From an uncultured Dehalococcoidia bacterium (GTDB lineage: Bacteria; Chloroflexota; Dehalococcoidia; Lucifugimonadales; CAJWER01), in assembly GCA_964608025.1 (NCBI GenBank), contig CAZSLO010000007.1, positions 14,825 to 78,824 of the forward strand: a DNA stretch of 64,000 bases, written 5' to 3'. The notes below the pieces were generated by a model, which ran no database searches, had not been told where the DNA came from, and worked only from the letters and a program-made list of their open reading frames with translations. Made by a program: the position numbers and the translations under genes. Positions 20,621 through 30,313 of the stretch are shown here, piece by piece; position 1 is the first letter of the stretch, and every line of letters starts with the position of its first letter.

Positions 20621-21607
20621 ATGAAGAAACTCCTAGACATATCCTCGCAACCAGCTTATTTAACAATAATTGCCCTCTTATTGATTATAACGGGCATGGC
20701 CTGTGATCCACCTACTCCCACAGTAGAACCCACCCCAACGGTAGATAATTCTAAGATGTCACGTATAGCTTTCGTTTCCAAACGGGATGGGGATTGGGAA
20801 ATTTACTTAATGAACGCTGATGGTACGGACCAAAGAAATATAACGAACAATCCCGCATTTGATAGCCATCCTTCTTGGTCACCAGATGGTTCTCAAATCG
20901 TTTTCTTCTCTGATAGGGACGGAGACCGAGAGATCTACATCATGAATTCAGATGGTTCTGATGTCACACAGCTTACTTCCAACTCAGGATCCGACCATAT
21001 GCCGGCTCTTTCTCACGATGGCAATAAAATCGCATTTGTTTCAGACAGGGATGGAAGACTGAATCTCTGGGTCATGGACACAGACGGATCCTCCCCACAA
21101 AATATAACTCCAAAAAAAGTAAACACTCGATGGCCGGCTTGGTCCCCTGATGACAAATCTGTCATTTTCGAGCACAAAGCTAATATCTTCTCAGTGAATA
21201 TCGATGACCTTAGCCAAAACAGGATTGTTAGAAATAGAACCGACATGGACGGGTATTTCGTAGGTTGGCCAAGCTGGGCTCCGGATGGACATAGGATCGC
21301 TTTGACTATTCGCTTTGGGATGAAAGGCAGACCCCCAACCCTATACACCATGGCATCAGGAGGTGAAGACATACAACCATTACAGCGAAAACCTAGCAAT
21401 CGTAAAGAAGAACGACCGAGCTACTCACCTGACGGGAATTTCTTGTCCTATTCATCGTTGGAAACAGGTGTAGAGCCTGATGTTTACGTAGTGGAGATTA
21501 GTACTAATAAACGTATCCGACTAACAGACAACCCAGCTTTAGACGGGTTTCCTGTCTGGGAACCGAAAGGCTACGTACCCGAATATCCGCAGCAGCCCAC
21601 GGACTGA
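20621..21607 (+). CDS. TolB-like PD40/WD40 beta-propeller lipoprotein
   Basis: Lipobox-like ITGMAC plus a PT linker. Repeated PD40 units follow (P.WSPDGS.I.F.SDRDGD.EIY.MN.DGS). Confidence 0.8.
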   Translation: MKKLLDISSQPAYLTIIALLLIITGMACDPPTPTVEPTPTVDNSKMSRIAFVSKRDGDWEIYLMNADGTDQRNITNNPAFDSHPSWSPDGSQIVFFSDRDGDREIYIMNSDGSDVTQLTSNSGSDHMPALSHDGNKIAFVSDRDGRLNLWVMDTDGSSPQNITPKKVNTRWPAWSPDDKSVIFEHKANIFSVNIDDLSQNRIVRNRTDMDGYFVGWPSWAPDGHRIALTIRFGMKGRPPTLYTMASGGEDIQPLQRKPSNRKEERPSYSPDGNFLSYSSLETGVEPDVYVVEISTNKRIRLTDNPALDGFPVWEPKGYVPEYPQQPTD

Positions 21608-21634
21608 CCTAAGAAGACACGGGCAAACCAATAA

Positions 21635-22618
21635 TCAAGTGTGGTGCATTTCGTAATGTGTCTTTAGGAGATCGATCCCAAAGTCATGTTCAATGTCTCG
21701 CCACACGGAATGAATGTGGTTAGCCATATTCTGTATATTGTCATATTCTACAACGAATGTAGGCCCGTGCAATCTATAGTAATGCGGCTGATCATGGTAC
21801 TGTGAACCAGCCCAGGCAAAATGAATAGAACCAATACCACCTGCTTCTATTCTCGACATTGCATTAGCTGCCAAGTCAGAGGATTGCTTATCAACATAAA
21901 GCCTAATTAACCGAACTAGCAACTGGCGCTGATCCGAGGTCATCGAGTCGACGGGCAGGCCTAGCTTATTCTCAAGTTCAACTCTAGGGCTAGACCTTGT
22001 AATGATGTCAGAAGGGGTAACAGGATAGATAGTTGCCAGTTCCCGTTGATCCTTGTCTAGGCTTAATAGTAGTTTCCGACCCAAGTCTTCTTCGTCCTGT
22101 AAGATCCGTAAACCTTTCTCAGGACCGCTCTTGACTTCTGCAGGGTTTGCGCCGAAGAAAGAGGGAGTCGAGGTAACATTATCTCCCCGGACAATTGTAT
22201 AGTTGAGCGACAGGTGGTGTCCTTCAGTACGCCAACCCCATGGACCCTCTCCAGTGGGGTCTCCGAAGATTGCATGGTAGTACAAACCAGGATCTCGGTC
22301 GAAGCGAGTCGCGCCCTCAAGCTCCTCTACCCTACCTAAGATACTCTCATGGGCAATTATAGACCTGGCCTTTTTCAAACCGATTGAGCTCAGGCCTGTG
22401 GTCATCAAGGTGTCCGCGGCATCAAGTTGGGTGCTATTCAATTCTCCTCGCTTGATCCCACCCCGAACCTTCGGTATATAGTGCCACTTGAGTCGCTCAG
22501 CCGATTCGAATTCAAAGGTAGCATTTTCGAGTAGTCTGGGAGACAGTGAAGGAAGGAATACTCGCGCCGCATCTTTCATTGCACGTGCTGTCAAGGATGC
22601 GGTCATTACTGTAGCCAT
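21635..22618 (-). CDS. DUF3500 family protein
   Basis: HFAWAGS...PHYYRLHGPTFVVEYDNIQNMANHIHSVWRD matches my recollection of the conserved DUF3500 C-terminal block. Function unknown. Confidence 0.65.
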   Translation of the reverse strand: MATVMTASLTARAMKDAARVFLPSLSPRLLENATFEFESAERLKWHYIPKVRGGIKRGELNSTQLDAADTLMTTGLSSIGLKKARSIIAHESILGRVEELEGATRFDRDPGLYYHAIFGDPTGEGPWGWRTEGHHLSLNYTIVRGDNVTSTPSFFGANPAEVKSGPEKGLRILQDEEDLGRKLLLSLDKDQRELATIYPVTPSDIITRSSPRVELENKLGLPVDSMTSDQRQLLVRLIRLYVDKQSSDLAANAMSRIEAGGIGSIHFAWAGSQYHDQPHYYRLHGPTFVVEYDNIQNMANHIHSVWRDIEHDFGIDLLKTHYEMHHT

Positions 22619-22917
22619 TGCTATTCCTCCTACGCTACGATCCGGAACAAGATGAGTATAGCGCGAGCATCACACCATGTCATGCATCCGTGGTGAGCTT
22701 GATATTTGATGACATTTTGGGAACAGCAATGGTATGCTCGAATCAACATTAATGGTGAAATGGTCATCCTGTTGGTCAGCAGCATGACAGATGGAATCAT
22801 TTTGCCGTCTCGTTATATTACAGCGATGTCAAAAATTTTACTTCCCAAAAGAATATTCCTAACACTTAGCTGGTAATACGCCGTGTCGAGCCAACAATTA
22901 ATAAATAGGAGGGTAAT

Positions 22918-23361
22918 GTGATCGAAGAAGGTATTGGAACCATAGTATCGCTACAAATCAGCGTCACTCACAGGGTAGCCTCAAAGAAAATTGAAGAAGC
23001 AAAATTTATTGAAGGATATGGAATAGAGGGAGATAGACATGCATCCGCTAGGATAGAGCGACAAGGTTACCAAGTCTTGATTATGGACCAGGAAACACTA
23101 AACGAGTTCGAACTTGGTCCCGGAATCATTAAAGAACAGATCACTACATCAGGAATCGATGTCGGAGCAATGCAACCGGGCCAACAACTCTCTATTGGCG
23201 ACGAAGTGGTAATAAAGATTTCTCAAGATGCGGTACCGTGTTCACGGCTGGACGAAATTCTTGCGGGACTTCAAAACAAGCTAGTAGGTAGACGTGGCAA
23301 ACTTGCATCTATAGTGATAGGGGGCACCGTACGGGTTGGGGATCCCGCTCAACTTATATAG
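22918..23361 (+). CDS. MOSC domain protein
   Basis: 147 aa. G.EGDRHA, Q.LIMD.ETL and the conserved Cys in AVPCSRL fit a MOSC beta-barrel. AGGAGGG precedes the GTG start. Confidence 0.7.
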   Translation: MIEEGIGTIVSLQISVTHRVASKKIEEAKFIEGYGIEGDRHASARIERQGYQVLIMDQETLNEFELGPGIIKEQITTSGIDVGAMQPGQQLSIGDEVVIKISQDAVPCSRLDEILAGLQNKLVGRRGKLASIVIGGTVRVGDPAQLI

Positions 23362-23500
23362 CTAAATCCCTTTATTTATCATATTGAGACGAAATTCTAA
23401 CAACTAAATCTACATTTAAGACAATCCCCCTAACAACAAGATATCAAACTAGGATAAATCGCAACTGATCCTCTAAAAGTCCTGACAGAAAGAAGTTACT

Positions 23501-24499
23501 TTGAAAAGACTCGTTATCACAGGCCCCAGGCAAGTAAGATTTGAAGACGTGCCTATACCCAAATGTCCACCCAACGGTGTTCTTGTTAAAGCGATGGCAT
23601 CCGCTATCAGTACAGGAACCGAGATCAGGGTGTACAGATGGCTTCCTGTTGACGAAGAAGGAAAGATGTTGCACGCAGGAATGCCATTCCCTGATGGGCC
23701 AACAGAAAACGGCTACTCAATGGTAGGGGAAATCGTTGATACAGGAGCAGGTGTTTCTAAATTCTCTGTCGGGGATCGAGTATTTCTCGGTGGTACCCAC
23801 AAGCAATACGATATAGCACTCTCTGAGGATGTTATTAAGATCCCTGATAGTATCCCGACTGACCAAGCTGTATTGTTAAATCTGCTCGGTGTCGCTCATA
23901 TCGCGCTTAGGACAGGCACCCCTAACCCAGGTGAGAATGTGGCAGTAGTCGGCCTGGGAGTTATTGGTCAATCGGTTTTGGCATGGTGCCGAGCATTCGG
24001 AATCCAAACTATTGGGATCGACCTGGACGGCTCAAGGCTTGAAATTGCTAAATCAATGGGAGCGCACGCCGCAATCAGCCCTACTGACAACAATTTCCAA
24101 TCAAGCTTAGACGATGTTTTCGGGGGAAATGGCGCAGACCTGGTCATCGAGGCCGCATCTACCTGGAAAGCTATTCAAACTAGCATGGACATAGCTCGCA
24201 AGGATGGTAAGGTAGTTATTATCGCCCGACACACAGACCAACCCCACTACAACCTAGTCGGGCATCCTTATCTTTCAAAGCGCCTGACACTCAAAACCGC
24301 TTACGGATACGAAGAAAAAGGACAAAGATGGGACCGTGATCATTGTGTCCAACTCGCGATCGACATGTTGAGTCGAGGAGAGTTGACAATCGCCCCAATG
24401 ATCACCCACCGTATATCATGGCAAGAGCTTCCTGAAATTTACAAGCGCCTGGATGAAGGTGACCCTGGAATCCTTGGTGTTATCGTGGACTGGACCTAG
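23501..24499 (+). CDS. Zinc-type medium-chain alcohol dehydrogenase/reductase (MDR)
   Basis: GroES-like N-domain and a Rossmann GLGVIG motif. 332 aa. Confidence 0.85.
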   Translation: MKRLVITGPRQVRFEDVPIPKCPPNGVLVKAMASAISTGTEIRVYRWLPVDEEGKMLHAGMPFPDGPTENGYSMVGEIVDTGAGVSKFSVGDRVFLGGTHKQYDIALSEDVIKIPDSIPTDQAVLLNLLGVAHIALRTGTPNPGENVAVVGLGVIGQSVLAWCRAFGIQTIGIDLDGSRLEIAKSMGAHAAISPTDNNFQSSLDDVFGGNGADLVIEAASTWKAIQTSMDIARKDGKVVIIARHTDQPHYNLVGHPYLSKRLTLKTAYGYEEKGQRWDRDHCVQLAIDMLSRGELTIAPMITHRISWQELPEIYKRLDEGDPGILGVIVDWT

Positions 24500-24600
24500 A
24501 GAACTATAGATGACTACTATCTAGCCAAGTCCTTGCTGGGATCAGGCATATAAGATTTCCCGATGACCGGTATTTTGAAGTTATATCCAGGAGAGTTTAA

Positions 24601-25653
24601 ATGGCAAATAGCAACATATCTGGACAAGTGCAAACCGTACTAGGTCCGGTAAGCCCAGAAAATCTCGGCCCGACGACCACGCACGAACACCTACTTATAG
24701 ATTTCACTTGTATGTTCGATCCTCCTAAAGAGGCGAGCGAGCGATTCAAGGCTTTCGCCCCAGTCACACTCGAAAATCTAGGCTGGATACGATACAACCC
24801 GTTCCGTAATAAGGATAATTTGGAAGTTTTGGATCAAGATCTCGCTATCCATGAGATCCTACAATTCAAAGCACAAGGAGGTGGTACTGTTGTCGATGCG
24901 ACTACTTTTGGGATCGGGCGGGATCCCAAGGCTCTCACACGTATCTCAAGATTGACAGGTGTCAACGTTGTGATGGGAGCCGGATTCTATGTGGATGCTG
25001 TCCACCCTGACGATATGGACGATATGACAGACACGGAGCTTGGAGACGAGATTATCACTCAACTCTCCACTGGCGTAGATAACACCGACATAAAGGCAGG
25101 CATCATCGGAGAACTTGGCTGCTCGTGGCCGCTTACAGAAAACGAACGTAAGGTTCTTGCTGGAGGAGCTCGCGCACAGGTGTCCACTGGTGCGGCAATC
25201 TTGATTCACCCGGGCAGAAACATCCAGGCACCGTTTGAGATTATAGATGTATTGGCGGAATCGGGTGCGGATCCTGAGAAAATCATTATGGGCCACATTG
25301 ACAGGACTGTCCTGGAAAAAGATGCACTCTTAAAGCTCGCCGAGCGAGGGACTTACTTGGAATACGACCTGTTTGGTATGGAAACTTCATACTATGCTCT
25401 TAGCGATATTGATTTGCCTAGCGACGCTCAACGTATAGGCTTCATCAAGCTATTAATTGAAGCTGGATTCGCCGATCGCATAGTGTTGGCACATGACGTT
25501 TTCGCTAAGAGCAGGCTTACAAAATATGGCGGGCCTGGAATTGGACACATCCTGGAAAATATTGTTCCGCGCATGTTAGAGGCTGGTATATCGGAAAACG
25601 ACATAAATAAAATGACTGTCCAAAATCCGGCACGCATACTGCCATTCTCATAG
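24601..25653 (+). CDS. Phosphotriesterase-homology (PHP/PLL-type amidohydrolase) protein
   Basis: TTTHEHLLIDF is the HxH metal site. The (beta/alpha)8 pattern includes ILIHPG, MGHID and LAHD metal ligands. Confidence 0.85.
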   Translation: MANSNISGQVQTVLGPVSPENLGPTTTHEHLLIDFTCMFDPPKEASERFKAFAPVTLENLGWIRYNPFRNKDNLEVLDQDLAIHEILQFKAQGGGTVVDATTFGIGRDPKALTRISRLTGVNVVMGAGFYVDAVHPDDMDDMTDTELGDEIITQLSTGVDNTDIKAGIIGELGCSWPLTENERKVLAGGARAQVSTGAAILIHPGRNIQAPFEIIDVLAESGADPEKIIMGHIDRTVLEKDALLKLAERGTYLEYDLFGMETSYYALSDIDLPSDAQRIGFIKLLIEAGFADRIVLAHDVFAKSRLTKYGGPGIGHILENIVPRMLEAGISENDINKMTVQNPARILPFS

Positions 25654-25668
25654 CTAGAAAGAGGTATC

Positions 25669-26136
25669 ATGAAAACTCCTGAAGACAAACTCAAGGATCT
25701 TGGAATTATCCTGCCCCAGGCTCAATCCCCAGTGGCAAACTATGTCTCAGCTGTCCAATCAGGGCAATTAATGTTCCTTGCCGGGGCTGGCCCAGCACCA
25801 TTACCAGACGGGACCATGCCAAAGGGAAAACTCGGCCTAGACTTCACGGTCGAGGAAGGATATGAACACGCAAGATCAGTCGGGCTAATTCAAATCACCA
25901 GGATGAAAGAAGAACTAGGTGATCTAAGTAGAGTAAAGCAAATCGTTAAACTACTAGCGATGGTCAACTGTATCCCAGACTTCAATCAACATCCCGCCGT
26001 GGTAAACGGCTGTTCGGATATTTTAGTCGAGGTTTTCGGAGAAGAAGGTCGTCACGCCAGGTCTGCCGTAGGAATGAGCAATTTACCGTTCAGCATACCA
26101 GTTGAAATAGAGATGATTATCGAAATTAGGGATTGA
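25669..26136 (+). CDS. RidA/YjgF/TdcF-family protein (copy 1 of a tandem pair)
   Basis: PVANYV, a C-terminal GRHARSAVGMSNLP..IPVEIEMIIEI block, and 155 aa. Confidence 0.8.
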   Translation: MKTPEDKLKDLGIILPQAQSPVANYVSAVQSGQLMFLAGAGPAPLPDGTMPKGKLGLDFTVEEGYEHARSVGLIQITRMKEELGDLSRVKQIVKLLAMVNCIPDFNQHPAVVNGCSDILVEVFGEEGRHARSAVGMSNLPFSIPVEIEMIIEIRD

Positions 26137-26221
26137 GGCATAAGCGAGTCACTCTGGTTTTTCATCATAGGAATACGAACCAGATAATTATTCAGCATAT
26201 CAACAATAGGAGCAAAAGCAA

Positions 26222-26689
26222 TTGGGAACCATCGAAGAACGTATAGCAAATCTTGGGTACAACTTGCCTAATGCCTCAGCCCCAGTAGCCAACTACGTAT
26301 CTACAGTTCGTGTCGAGACTGCAGGCCTAGTTTTCACTTCCGGCCATGTCCCACGCAATCCGGATGGCAGTTTCATCACAGGGCGTCTGGGGAAGGATAT
26401 GTCCACCGAAGCAGGTTACGAGGCCGCTAAAAATGTTGCGATTTCCATCCTAAGTTCCCTAAAAACAGAGATAGGTGACCTCGACCAGGTTGAAAGAGTG
26501 GTTAAGGTACTTTGCATGATCAATTCTACCCCGGAGTTCACCGACCACCCATCAGTGGCAAACGGAGCTTCCGATTTAATGGTAGAGATATTTGGAGACA
26601 AGGGACGACACGCTCGATCAGCAGTCGGCATGGCATCTCTCCCGGCGAACGTACCAGTTGAAATAGAGATGGTTATCCAAGTTCGTTAA
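26222..26689 (+). CDS. RidA/YjgF/TdcF-family protein (copy 2 of a tandem pair)
   Basis: Same length and architecture as copy 1. It shares PVANYVS, GDL..V...VK.L.M.N, GRHARSAVGM and VPVEIEM. AGGAG lies upstream of the TTG start. Confidence 0.8.
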   Translation: MGTIEERIANLGYNLPNASAPVANYVSTVRVETAGLVFTSGHVPRNPDGSFITGRLGKDMSTEAGYEAAKNVAISILSSLKTEIGDLDQVERVVKVLCMINSTPEFTDHPSVANGASDLMVEIFGDKGRHARSAVGMASLPANVPVEIEMVIQVR

Positions 26690-26711
26690 ATGCTCGAATC
26701 AGTGCATCAAC

Positions 26712-27707
26712 ATGTCGGATGAGATGAGAATAGGATTAATCGGCTGTGGCCGTCACGGGCTAGGCAATTTGGCGCCTGCCCTTGATTCTGTTCCAGATGC
26801 ACGCATAGTTGCATGTGCAGACGATGACGAAATGGCGGCCAGGGATGGACAAGAAACGCTTGGGCTGAATCGACCATACCTTGATTACCGCGAAATGTTA
26901 AATACCGAAGATCTAGACGCTGTCATAGTTGCTGTACCTCATTTCCTGCTCAAGGATATCTCAGTAGCTGTATTAGAGTCAGGGAAACATCTATTCGTAG
27001 AGAAGCCAATGGCTCTAAACCCAGTTGATGGTGAAATTATGGCGAAAACTGCCCGTGAATCCGGAGTTTCGTTGATGGTTGGTTTCTGTCAACGCTATTC
27101 GGAAGGGCGTCTTAGAATGAAATCATTGATAGATAGCGGGGTTATCGGTGAGATTACTGCCGTAACAGCGGCAAAGGGCAATCCTCCTCTCACCGGATGG
27201 CTTGCAGATCCTATTAAGGGTGGCGGAGAATTACACTGGCTAGGTGTACACATCACAGATCAAGTTATTTGGATCACAGGTTCACACCCTGAGCGCGTAT
27301 ATGGTGAAATCAGGTGGCACCCTACTACATCGGCCGATGAAACAACGATATTCACCATGCGTATGCAGTCCGGTGTAATAGCCAGCATAACTTGCTCCCA
27401 AAACGTGTCTGGAAGACTCGACTACGTTTCGGTCGAAGGTACGGCTGGCCGTATACGTTCAGACTGGCCATCAGAAGTAGTTGAGGTGGTCAGTGAAATC
27501 CTCCCGGAATACAAACATCCTACTACAATACGACCCATAGAACCGCTCTACAGCAGTATGTATCAACACGAGATGAATGACTGGGTATCGGGGTTAAGGA
27601 ACGGCAATCCACCCAAGATCACCTCTTCAGATGGAATCACAGTACTCAAAGTCATTGATGCCGTCTTTGAATCCAACCAATCCGGAATCCCTATCGATAT
27701 TTCCTAA
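26712..27707 (+). CDS. Gfo/Idh/MocA-family NAD(P)-dependent oxidoreductase
   Basis: IGLIGCGRHG Rossmann start and the EKP motif (LFVEKPMA). Confidence 0.85.
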   Translation: MSDEMRIGLIGCGRHGLGNLAPALDSVPDARIVACADDDEMAARDGQETLGLNRPYLDYREMLNTEDLDAVIVAVPHFLLKDISVAVLESGKHLFVEKPMALNPVDGEIMAKTARESGVSLMVGFCQRYSEGRLRMKSLIDSGVIGEITAVTAAKGNPPLTGWLADPIKGGGELHWLGVHITDQVIWITGSHPERVYGEIRWHPTTSADETTIFTMRMQSGVIASITCSQNVSGRLDYVSVEGTAGRIRSDWPSEVVEVVSEILPEYKHPTTIRPIEPLYSSMYQHEMNDWVSGLRNGNPPKITSSDGITVLKVIDAVFESNQSGIPIDIS

Positions 27708-27791
27708 CTCCATCAATCCTGTCCGAGGTATATTATTCTACGGACAAATAACCAATATCTGCTTGAGTAATTCTTCTCAAGGAGTCGCGTC

Positions 27792-28472
27792 ATGATAGGA
27801 CAAATAGCCCTCGTTGGTGGTGATGAATTCAGGGCAGGCTGCCAGTCGATGGATAGAATAATTCTTCAATCAACTGGTACATATCGTCCAAAAGTTCTAA
27901 TTTTACCAACCGCTGCTGCAGAGCAAAATCCATATAAAGCAGCCTCTAAGGGCAAATCCTACTTCAGCAACCTTGGTGCAGAAACTGGAGCCCTGTTGGT
28001 ATTAGATAGAGAGAACGCTGGCGATCCCACATTTGTATCTCGGATTGGGGAGGCCGATCTAATCTACTTCACCGGGGGAGATCCAGAACTTTTGTTGAAT
28101 GTTCTAACGGGTTCAAAGTTATTCGAAGCAGTAAAACATGCCGTAGAGGGTGGTTCGGTCCTAGCTGGATCTAGTGCCGGAGCAATGGTGTTGGGATCTT
28201 GGATGAATTACCAAGGATGGAAAAGCGGACTCGGACTACTTGAAAACATAGCTATACTCCCACACCACGAAAAAAGTGATCCAAGAAAAGTCTCAGCCCA
28301 ACTTGAAGAGTCACTACCAAAAGGAGGTACAGCGCTTGGTATAGATGCAGGTGTTGCGTGCCTTGGAAGCAGCCAAGACTGGAAAGTTGTGGGTAATGGT
28401 TCCGTGATACTCTACGCCGATAGGACTTGGAATAGATACCACACAGGGGAGTCCATACCAATTACCACATAA
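27792..28472 (+). CDS. Peptidase S51 / cyanophycinase-like type-1 glutamine-amidotransferase-fold protein
   Basis: ILPTAA, IYFTGGDP and the nucleophile elbow GSSAGAMVLG. Confidence 0.65.
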   Translation: MIGQIALVGGDEFRAGCQSMDRIILQSTGTYRPKVLILPTAAAEQNPYKAASKGKSYFSNLGAETGALLVLDRENAGDPTFVSRIGEADLIYFTGGDPELLLNVLTGSKLFEAVKHAVEGGSVLAGSSAGAMVLGSWMNYQGWKSGLGLLENIAILPHHEKSDPRKVSAQLEESLPKGGTALGIDAGVACLGSSQDWKVVGNGSVILYADRTWNRYHTGESIPITT

Positions 28473-28494
28473 TTACAAACCTAAGGAGTCCACA

Positions 28495-29349
28495 ATGATC
28501 TTGTTCAGTCCCCCCATACAGTTACCTGAGACAATTGACGATCATGCAGATTTTCTAGAAAAAGTAGAATCATTCCAAGCAAACACGATAAGTACATCTA
28601 CCCCAGCAGAATGGACAGATCAAGACGCAGAAAACTCCCGTAAATTTCTAGATAGTAACGACATCCGTGTCGGCGAATTCAGTACATTCCATTGGGGCTT
28701 TGATCATCAGGATGCCTCAGAGCGAAGTGCGGCCCTAGAACATTACAAACGCATGATAAGACATGGTGTGATCATGGGCGCACATTGTGTCGGTTTCTCA
28801 ACTTACGGAGACCGGGGAATGCCAGGTATGTGGTCAGATTCCACATGGACACGTTGTTTGGATGCAATTACACGGATAGCAGAAGAGGCTGAGAACGCCA
28901 AGATTGACATCGCTGCCCACCCACACGCCATGGCACCTCTTTGTTCAGTTGATAGATATGTAGAGATGTTAACCCACGTGGATTCAGCCAGGCTAAAAGT
29001 CTTGATCGACATAGTGAACCTCACTTGGCCACAGAGGATCTTCAACACAACTGACCTGGTCAATGAGGTCTTTGACAGCTTAGGTCATGCAATAGTTGCG
29101 TTACACGCCAAAGATGTCATTATTTCAGGTGGTAGTGGGGTAAGCGCCGCCAAAGGCATGGGGGTAATACATGTCGACGAGGCGGTACCCGGTACCGGAT
29201 TCATGGACTTCGAAACTATCCTGAACAGATTGGATATGCTAAAACAAGACATCACAATTAACGTAGAACACTTTGATTATAACGACACCCGAGAAGGCCA
29301 ATCCTATATTCAAGGGATAGCCGATAGATCCGGAATTACTTTTAAATAA
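28495..29349 (+). CDS. Sugar-phosphate isomerase/epimerase (xylose-isomerase-like TIM barrel) family protein
   Basis: 284 aa. Pattern of conserved H/D/E metal ligands (AAHPH, LHAKD, NVEH) typical of the IolE/AP-endonuclease-2 fold. AAGGAG RBS. Confidence 0.65.
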   Translation: MILFSPPIQLPETIDDHADFLEKVESFQANTISTSTPAEWTDQDAENSRKFLDSNDIRVGEFSTFHWGFDHQDASERSAALEHYKRMIRHGVIMGAHCVGFSTYGDRGMPGMWSDSTWTRCLDAITRIAEEAENAKIDIAAHPHAMAPLCSVDRYVEMLTHVDSARLKVLIDIVNLTWPQRIFNTTDLVNEVFDSLGHAIVALHAKDVIISGGSGVSAAKGMGVIHVDEAVPGTGFMDFETILNRLDMLKQDITINVEHFDYNDTREGQSYIQGIADRSGITFK

Positions 29350-29504
29350 ACACTGTATCCTAGGAATGACAATAGGATCCTATCTACAAGATGCCTGGAC
29401 TTATCATGAGATCTGGTTGCGTTTAGGACTAATCCAATCTCTACTGGGATATTTTTTACAGTCATCACACAAGAAAAGACGCATGGCCAGGGCATAATTG
29501 CCGA

Positions 29505-30275
29505 ATGAGACTTAATAACAAGATAGCTTTAATAACGGGAGCAGGGTCCGGAATTGGTAAAGCAACCGCTATTAGATTTGCCACAGAAGGAGCTTCTGTG
29601 GCAGTCGTAGATTTATCTAAGACTGATGCACAAAAAACAGTTTCCAAGATTGAGAATTTGGGTGGAAAGGCAATCGCGATCTCAGGAGACGTTTCGATTG
29701 GTGTAGATGCTGAATCTATGGTCTCTAGTACTGTGGATGTTTTTAATCGTCTAGATATCTTGATAAACAGCGCAGGTGTTACCGCGCGTAACGCTCTCTC
29801 ACCCGGGTCCAATCCCGAAGAGATCTGGGACAGGGTCTTGGAAGTTAACTTGAAAGGCACATATCTTATTTCATCGTACGCAGTAAAAAATATGCAAAAG
29901 GGCAATGGAGGTTCGATCGTAAATCTGTCGTCAATAATGGGATTAGTTGGTTACCCAGCAGGGATTGGTGGAGGGTTAAATCCATACCCTCCATCCAAGG
30001 GTGGAGTGATACAACTCACCAAGAATATGGCGATAGATTTTGCCAAGGACAACATCCGGGTAAACTGTCTCTGTCCTGGATTTGTAGAGACCGATCTGAC
30101 TAAATCGCTTACCGAAGATCCTAAGATCCGGGAAAGCCTTGAGAACCGTCATCCAATCGGCAGGCTTGGCAAACCTGAAGAAATCGCTTCCGCTGCACTT
30201 TACCTCTCATCCGACGAGGCTTCATATATCACTGGGGTGTCTTTAGCGGTCGATGGTGGCTACACTGCTCAGTAA
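29505..30275 (+). CDS. Classical short-chain dehydrogenase/reductase
   Basis: TGAGSGIG, NSAG and the Y...K active site (YPPSKGG). 256 aa. Confidence 0.9.
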   Translation: MRLNNKIALITGAGSGIGKATAIRFATEGASVAVVDLSKTDAQKTVSKIENLGGKAIAISGDVSIGVDAESMVSSTVDVFNRLDILINSAGVTARNALSPGSNPEEIWDRVLEVNLKGTYLISSYAVKNMQKGNGGSIVNLSSIMGLVGYPAGIGGGLNPYPPSKGGVIQLTKNMAIDFAKDNIRVNCLCPGFVETDLTKSLTEDPKIRESLENRHPIGRLGKPEEIASAALYLSSDEASYITGVSLAVDGGYTAQ

Positions 30276-30313
30276 CATGTGAGAAATTAAGTTATACCTG
30301 ACGTTTCCGAACC

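Noticed and set aside
22619-22917. 299-nt gap upstream of the MOSC-domain gene, considered as a possible Moco riboswitch (it contains GTCGAGCC near the RBS).
   Set aside because: Only a short partial resemblance to the conserved CCGAGCC element is present, and I could not identify the remaining conserved helices or motifs. Support is insufficient without a covariance-model scan.
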